Origin: Thermodesulfobacteriota bacterium
Lineage (GTDB): Bacteria; Desulfobacterota_D; UBA1144; Nemesobacterales; JAJCZQ01
NCBI GenBank assembly: GCA_965215275.1
Contig: OZ244044.1
Coordinates: 1,760,001 to 1,824,000 of the forward strand
Direction of reading: 5' to 3'
Length of the DNA stretch: 64,000 nucleotides
Shown here: positions 59,669 through 64,000 of the stretch, piece after piece
Layout of the letters: every line of letters begins with the position of its first letter
Numbering within the stretch: position 1 is the stretch's first letter
Notes under the pieces: generated by a model
Told to the model about the DNA's origin: nothing
Databases searched by the model: none
What the model saw: only the letters and a program-made list of their open reading frames with translations
Position numbers and translations under genes: made by a program

Positions 59669-61759
59669 ATGTCGGAAAAGACCATACCAATAGATAAAGT
59701 CAGAAATATCGGGATCGTTGCCCATATTGATGCAGGAAAGACCACGACTACGGAGAGGATTCTCTACTACACCGGTCTTACGTACAAGATAGGTGAAGTC
59801 CATGAAGGGACTGCGACCATGGACTGGATGGAGCAGGAGAGAGAGCGAGGCATCACCATTACCTCGGCAACCACGACCTGCTTCTGGAGAGATCACAGGA
59901 TAAACATCATTGACACTCCGGGACACGTTGATTTTACAATTGAGGTCGAGAGGTCTTTAAAGGTCCTGGATGGGGCCGTGGTCGTTTTTGACTGCGTTGG
60001 AGGGGTTGAGCCTCAGACCGAAACCGTCTGGAGGCAGGCGGACAGGTACAAAGTGCCAAGAATGTGTTTTATAAACAAGATGGACCGCGTTGGAGCTAAT
60101 TTTTACAAAGTCGTGGGTCAGATCAAGGACAGACTGGATGCCAACCCGATCTGCCTGCAGATCCCCTGGTTCGAGAACGGTGAATTCAAGGGGATAGTTG
60201 ACCTTATTAAGATGAAAATGGCCATATGGGACAGTGAATCTCTGGGAGCTAAATATAAATTTATCGATATTCCAGGTGATATTAAGGACCAGGCAGATGT
60301 TTACAGAGAGAAAATGGTCGAAGGTCTTGCTGATTACTGTGAAGAAATAATGGAGTTATACCTGGGTGGTGAAGAGGTCCCTGAAGAAAAGATCGTGAGC
60401 GCTGTAAGGAGGAACACGACAGATCTGAAGATAATTCCCGTGCTGTGCGGTTCGGCTTTTAAGAACAAAGGCGTTCAGCTGCTCCTGGATGCCATTATCG
60501 AACTTATGCCCGCACCATCGGACCTTCCTCCCGTTAAGGGATTGATACCAGGCTCCGATAAGGAGGACGTAAGGCTGCCTTCCGAGGATGAACCGTTTTC
60601 CGCCCTAGTCTTTAAGATAATGACCGACCCGTTCGTTGGACAGCTGACGTATTTAAGGATCTATTCCGGCAAGCTTGTTTCAGGTACTACCGTTTATAAC
60701 ACGTCAAGGCAGAAAAAAGAAAAGATCGGAAGACTTTTGAGGATGCATGCAGACAAGAGAGAAGATATAAAGGAGAACGTTGCCGGGGGGATCGTAGCGG
60801 CGGTCGGTTTGAAAAATACGATTACCGGAGATACGTTATGTGAAGAGTCCAGGCCCATAGTCCTTGAAAGCCTTCATATTGCAGACCCTGTAATATCTAT
60901 TGCAATAGAGCCAAGGTCCAAAGCCGATCAGGAAAAACTGGGACTGGCCTTGAACAAGCTGGCACTGGAAGACCCGTCGTTCAGGATCAAGTTTGACGAG
61001 GAGACCAGTCAGACACTGATCTCGGGAATGGGAGAGTTACACCTGGAAATTATCGTGGACAGACTGGACAGGGACTTTAACGTTAATGCCAGCGTAGGCA
61101 AACCGCAGGTAGCTTACAGAGAATCCATTACGCAGGATGCGGACGTTGAAAATAAATTTATAAGACAGACGGGTGGCAGAGGTCAGTATGGCCACGTTAA
61201 GATCAGGGTTGAGCCGCTGGAAAGGGGAGCGGGATTTAAATTTATAGATGAAATTAAAGGTGGAGTGATCCCGAAGGAGTATATCCCTGCCGTTGAGAAA
61301 GGTATCCTGGAAGTAATGAGGACCGGCGTCGTGTCTGGATATCCCGTCGTGGACGTGTCCGTGACTTTATATGATGGTTCTTTTCATGAAGTGGATTCGT
61401 CGGAGATAGCGTTTAAAGTCGCTGCTTCTCAGGCGTTCAAAGACGCGATCTTAAGATCAAATCCAGTTATACTGGAACCGGTGATGAACCTTGAGGTAGT
61501 AGTGCCGGAGGATTTTATGGGAACGGTAATAGGCAACCTGAACTCTCGCAGGGGGCGTATAAACAACACTGAAGCCCGAGGCAACATGCAGGTGATCGAG
61601 GGACGGTCGCCGCTGGGTGAGATGTTCGGATATGCCACAAATCTGAGATCAATGACCGAGGGACGTGGAACTTTTACAATGGAGTTTTCACATTATGAAC
61701 CGCTGCCGGAAAGCATTTCTGAAAAGCTAAGGGTGGATGCCCAGGCCGCTACGTCTTGA
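59669..61759 (+). CDS. fusA: Elongation factor G
   Basis: [35 protein letters not shown]. Confidence 0.99.
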   Translation: MSEKTIPIDKVRNIGIVAHIDAGKTTTTERILYYTGLTYKIGEVHEGTATMDWMEQERERGITITSATTTCFWRDHRINIIDTPGHVDFTIEVERSLKVLDGAVVVFDCVGGVEPQTETVWRQADRYKVPRMCFINKMDRVGANFYKVVGQIKDRLDANPICLQIPWFENGEFKGIVDLIKMKMAIWDSESLGAKYKFIDIPGDIKDQADVYREKMVEGLADYCEEIMELYLGGEEVPEEKIVSAVRRNTTDLKIIPVLCGSAFKNKGVQLLLDAIIELMPAPSDLPPVKGLIPGSDKEDVRLPSEDEPFSALVFKIMTDPFVGQLTYLRIYSGKLVSGTTVYNTSRQKKEKIGRLLRMHADKREDIKENVAGGIVAAVGLKNTITGDTLCEESRPIVLESLHIADPVISIAIEPRSKADQEKLGLALNKLALEDPSFRIKFDEETSQTLISGMGELHLEIIVDRLDRDFNVNASVGKPQVAYRESITQDADVENKFIRQTGGRGQYGHVKIRVEPLERGAGFKFIDEIKGGVIPKEYIPAVEKGILEVMRTGVVSGYPVVDVSVTLYDGSFHEVDSSEIAFKVAASQAFKDAILRSNPVILEPVMNLEVVVPEDFMGTVIGNLNSRRGRINNTEARGNMQVIEGRSPLGEMFGYATNLRSMTEGRGTFTMEFSHYEPLPESISEKLRVDAQAATS

Positions 61760-61874
61760 CAGATGCCTTACGGAGCATTTTCAGTTTCGCCTTAAATGCC
61801 TGTACGATATATACCATAATCGGATTTACGGAAAAGGCGCGCTGACGGAGTAAAAGATAAACGTCTGACCGGTT

Positions 61875-62252
61875 TTATCCCTCCAGCAGTACCACTGCGA
61901 CCGAGTAGTTTTTTTCATGGGAGATAGAGGTGTGTATTTTGCTGACACCTTTCCGTCTGGCAAAGGATCTGGTCGTACCAAGAAGTTCAGTCCAGGGCTT
62001 TCCTGATTCGTTATGCCTGACCTGTATACCATGAAAGTTTATACCACTTCTGAATCCCGTGCCCAGGGCCTTAACAAGGGCTTCTTTAACCGCGTAGTTT
62101 GCAGCGTATCTCTGTACGTTCTGACCTCGCTTACTGATGAAATCGATCTCCATGCCGGTAAAGACTTTAGCGAGGAACCTTTCTCCCCATTTATTTATTA
62201 TTTTTCTTATTCTGTCGTTCTGTACTATATCTATGCCCATTCCTAATATCAC
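61875..62252 (-). CDS. acpS: Holo-ACP synthase
   Basis: GMGIDIV, AVKEALVKALGTG, SISHE. Confidence 0.95.
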   Translation of the reverse strand: MILGMGIDIVQNDRIRKIINKWGERFLAKVFTGMEIDFISKRGQNVQRYAANYAVKEALVKALGTGFRSGINFHGIQVRHNESGKPWTELLGTTRSFARRKGVSKIHTSISHEKNYSVAVVLLEG

Positions 62253-62268
62253 TGTCCTTACTCCTCCT

Positions 62269-62985
62269 TTACCGGTCTATAAGTCTGATCATATCTCTGA
62301 CCGCTGTTTCCATGCCCACGAGCACGGATCTTGATATGATGCTGTGTCCTATGTTAAGTTCTTCTATACCGGCTATCCGGGCAATTTGTCTTACATTGTG
62401 GTAGTTCAGCCCATGTCCGGCGGAGACTCTCAGGCCAAGTGTCAGAGCGTGCTCTGCGGCACGTTCGACCTTCGTCAGTTCTCTGTTCCGTGATCTCTCG
62501 TTCTTTGCGTTTGCGTACAGTCCCGTGTGGATCTCAACCATATCTGAGCCTGCCTCCTGCGACATATCTATCTGCTTCCTGTCGGGGTCAACGAACAGGC
62601 TTACGGATATATTATATTTTTTTAATCTGGTAACGACTGCTTTGACGTCTGTGAAATTCGTAGCGACGTCCAGTCCGCCTTCGGTGGTCAGTTCCTTTCT
62701 TTTTTCAGGAACGATAGTTGCCATATCAGGACCGGTCTTTGTGGCGATCTTGACCATCTCACTGGTGGCTGCCATTTCCAGGTTGAGTTTGGTCTGAACG
62801 CATTTTCTCAGTATTTCTAGGTCCCGTTCCTGCACGTGTCGTCTGTCTTCTCGCAGGTGCACCACTATACCGCCTGCTCCTGACAGCTCTGATATCAAGG
62901 CGGCGGACACCGGGTCGGGCTCCGTTCCGCCCCTTGACTGTCTTAACGTGGCAACGTGGTCAACGTTTACGTTTAATCTTGGCAT
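62269..62985 (-). CDS. pdxJ: Pyridoxine 5'-phosphate synthase
   Basis: [32 protein letters not shown]. Confidence 0.98.
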   Translation of the reverse strand: MPRLNVNVDHVATLRQSRGGTEPDPVSAALISELSGAGGIVVHLREDRRHVQERDLEILRKCVQTKLNLEMAATSEMVKIATKTGPDMATIVPEKRKELTTEGGLDVATNFTDVKAVVTRLKKYNISVSLFVDPDRKQIDMSQEAGSDMVEIHTGLYANAKNERSRNRELTKVERAAEHALTLGLRVSAGHGLNYHNVRQIARIAGIEELNIGHSIISRSVLVGMETAVRDMIRLIDR

Positions 62986-64000
62986 TCTTTTAACCCTATT
63001 TCCTTTTCAATATGATCATAAATATCGCGGACAATGCCGTTTATATCAGACAGGTCTTCACCTTCAGCCATTATCCTTACAACTGGTTCGGTACCTGAAT
63101 ATCTGATATTGATCCTTCCCCTGTCCCCAAGTCTGCCTTTATAATGCTCGACCATTTTTTCCAGTCCGGGAACCTGATCAAGCGGAGGCTTTGCGGATAT
63201 TTTTACGTTCTTTATGACCTGAGGGAACATCCTGATCCTTTCCGCAAAGCAGGATAATGGTTTTTGCAGTCTTTTCATAATTGCCAGAACCTGAAGTGAC
63301 GCCAGAATTCCATCACCGGTCGTGGTATGATCAAGAAATATAATGTGTCCTGACTGTTCTCCTCCGAGGTTTATCCCTTTTTCTCTCATGAGTTCTGCCA
63401 CGTATCTGTCTCCCACGTCAGTACGGTGAAGCCTGATCCCCTTCTGCCTCAGAAAAAGCTCAAGGCCCATGTTGCTCATTAAAGTTGCAACTATCTCGTT
63501 CTTCTTCAGTTTTTTTCCGTTTATCATTTCTTCAGTACAGATCGCAAGAATAATGTCCCCATTGGCAACCGTTCCTTTTTCGTCGCATATTATAACCCTG
63601 TCGGCGTCTCCGTCCAGGGCGATCCCGATATCTGCTTTGTTCTTCAGAACCGTTTCTGTCAGCAGCTGCGGATTAAGGCTGCCGCAGTTGGTGTTGATGT
63701 TCTTCCCGTCAGGTCTGACCCCCAGAGCTGTCACTTCTGCTCCTAATTCGCTGTATACTGCCGGAGCTGCCTTGTAAGCCGCTCCATTGGCACAGTCCAG
63801 TACGATCTTCGTTCTTTTCAGATCGAGCTCTTCAGGAAAGGTACTTTTGACGAAAGAAGTGTATCTTCCGACGGGATTTTTTATTACTGCCTTTCCGATA
63901 TTGTTATCTGAACCTGTCAGTTTTTCTTCAGGGTCGGACATCAACCTTTCGATTTCCAGTTCTTTCTCGTCTGCGAGTTTAAAGCCGTGTCTGTCAAATA
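62973..64000 (-). CDS. glmM: Phosphoglucosamine mutase (5' partial)
   Basis: [28 protein letters not shown]; frame open to the window end. Confidence 0.96.
   Translation of the reverse strand, partial: FDRHGFKLADEKELEIERLMSDPEEKLTGSDNNIGKAVIKNPVGRYTSFVKSTFPEELDLKRTKIVLDCANGAAYKAAPAVYSELGAEVTALGVRPDGKNINTNCGSLNPQLLTETVLKNKADIGIALDGDADRVIICDEKGTVANGDIILAICTEEMINGKKLKKNEIVATLMSNMGLELFLRQKGIRLHRTDVGDRYVAELMREKGINLGGEQSGHIIFLDHTTTGDGILASLQVLAIMKRLQKPLSCFAERIRMFPQVIKNVKISAKPPLDQVPGLEKMVEHYKGRLGDRGRINIRYSGTEPVVRIMAEGEDLSDINGIVRDIYDHIEKEIGLKECQD

Overview
Bacterial chromosomal segment, mostly housekeeping genes: mnmG, aroF, yggS-proC-yggT, prmC-murA-hisG, catalase, ftsY, ribD-nadD-rsfS, a dcw cluster (mraZ to ftsZ, no ddl), murJ, aroQ, recJ, lgt, trkA, purD, rpsL-rpsG-fusA and glmM-pdxJ-acpS. 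Gene style suggests a Gram-negative, deltaproteobacteria/Dadabacteria-like organism; this is inference only. Four AT-rich accessory patches interrupt the backbone. (1) 1.3-3.15 kb: small ORFs, a decayed copy of part of the neighbouring yyaL-like gene, IS1595-type end sequences and a 15-bp tandem repeat. (2) 6.64-11.06 kb: an overlapping three-gene operon encoding a NurA-like nuclease, a HerA-like ATPase and a DUF4338/DruA-like protein, with no other Druantia genes. This is the best candidate for an undescribed defence system. (3) 25.8-30.4 kb: a large surface protein with a kexin-like S8 domain whose whole catalytic triad is substituted, 7 Ig-like repeats, a C-terminal sorting signal, and two poly-C tracts in its leader. 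(4) 52584-55955: a complete IS1595-family element with 26-bp TIRs and an 8-bp TSD, inserted in the 3' end of lgt. It carries a poly-C-interrupted DNA methyltransferase-HNH fusion and a HicA-HicB-like fusion. Several one-base frameshifts fall in homopolymers, so sequencing error is a real alternative to phase variation. All family calls come from motif reading by eye; no database search was run.
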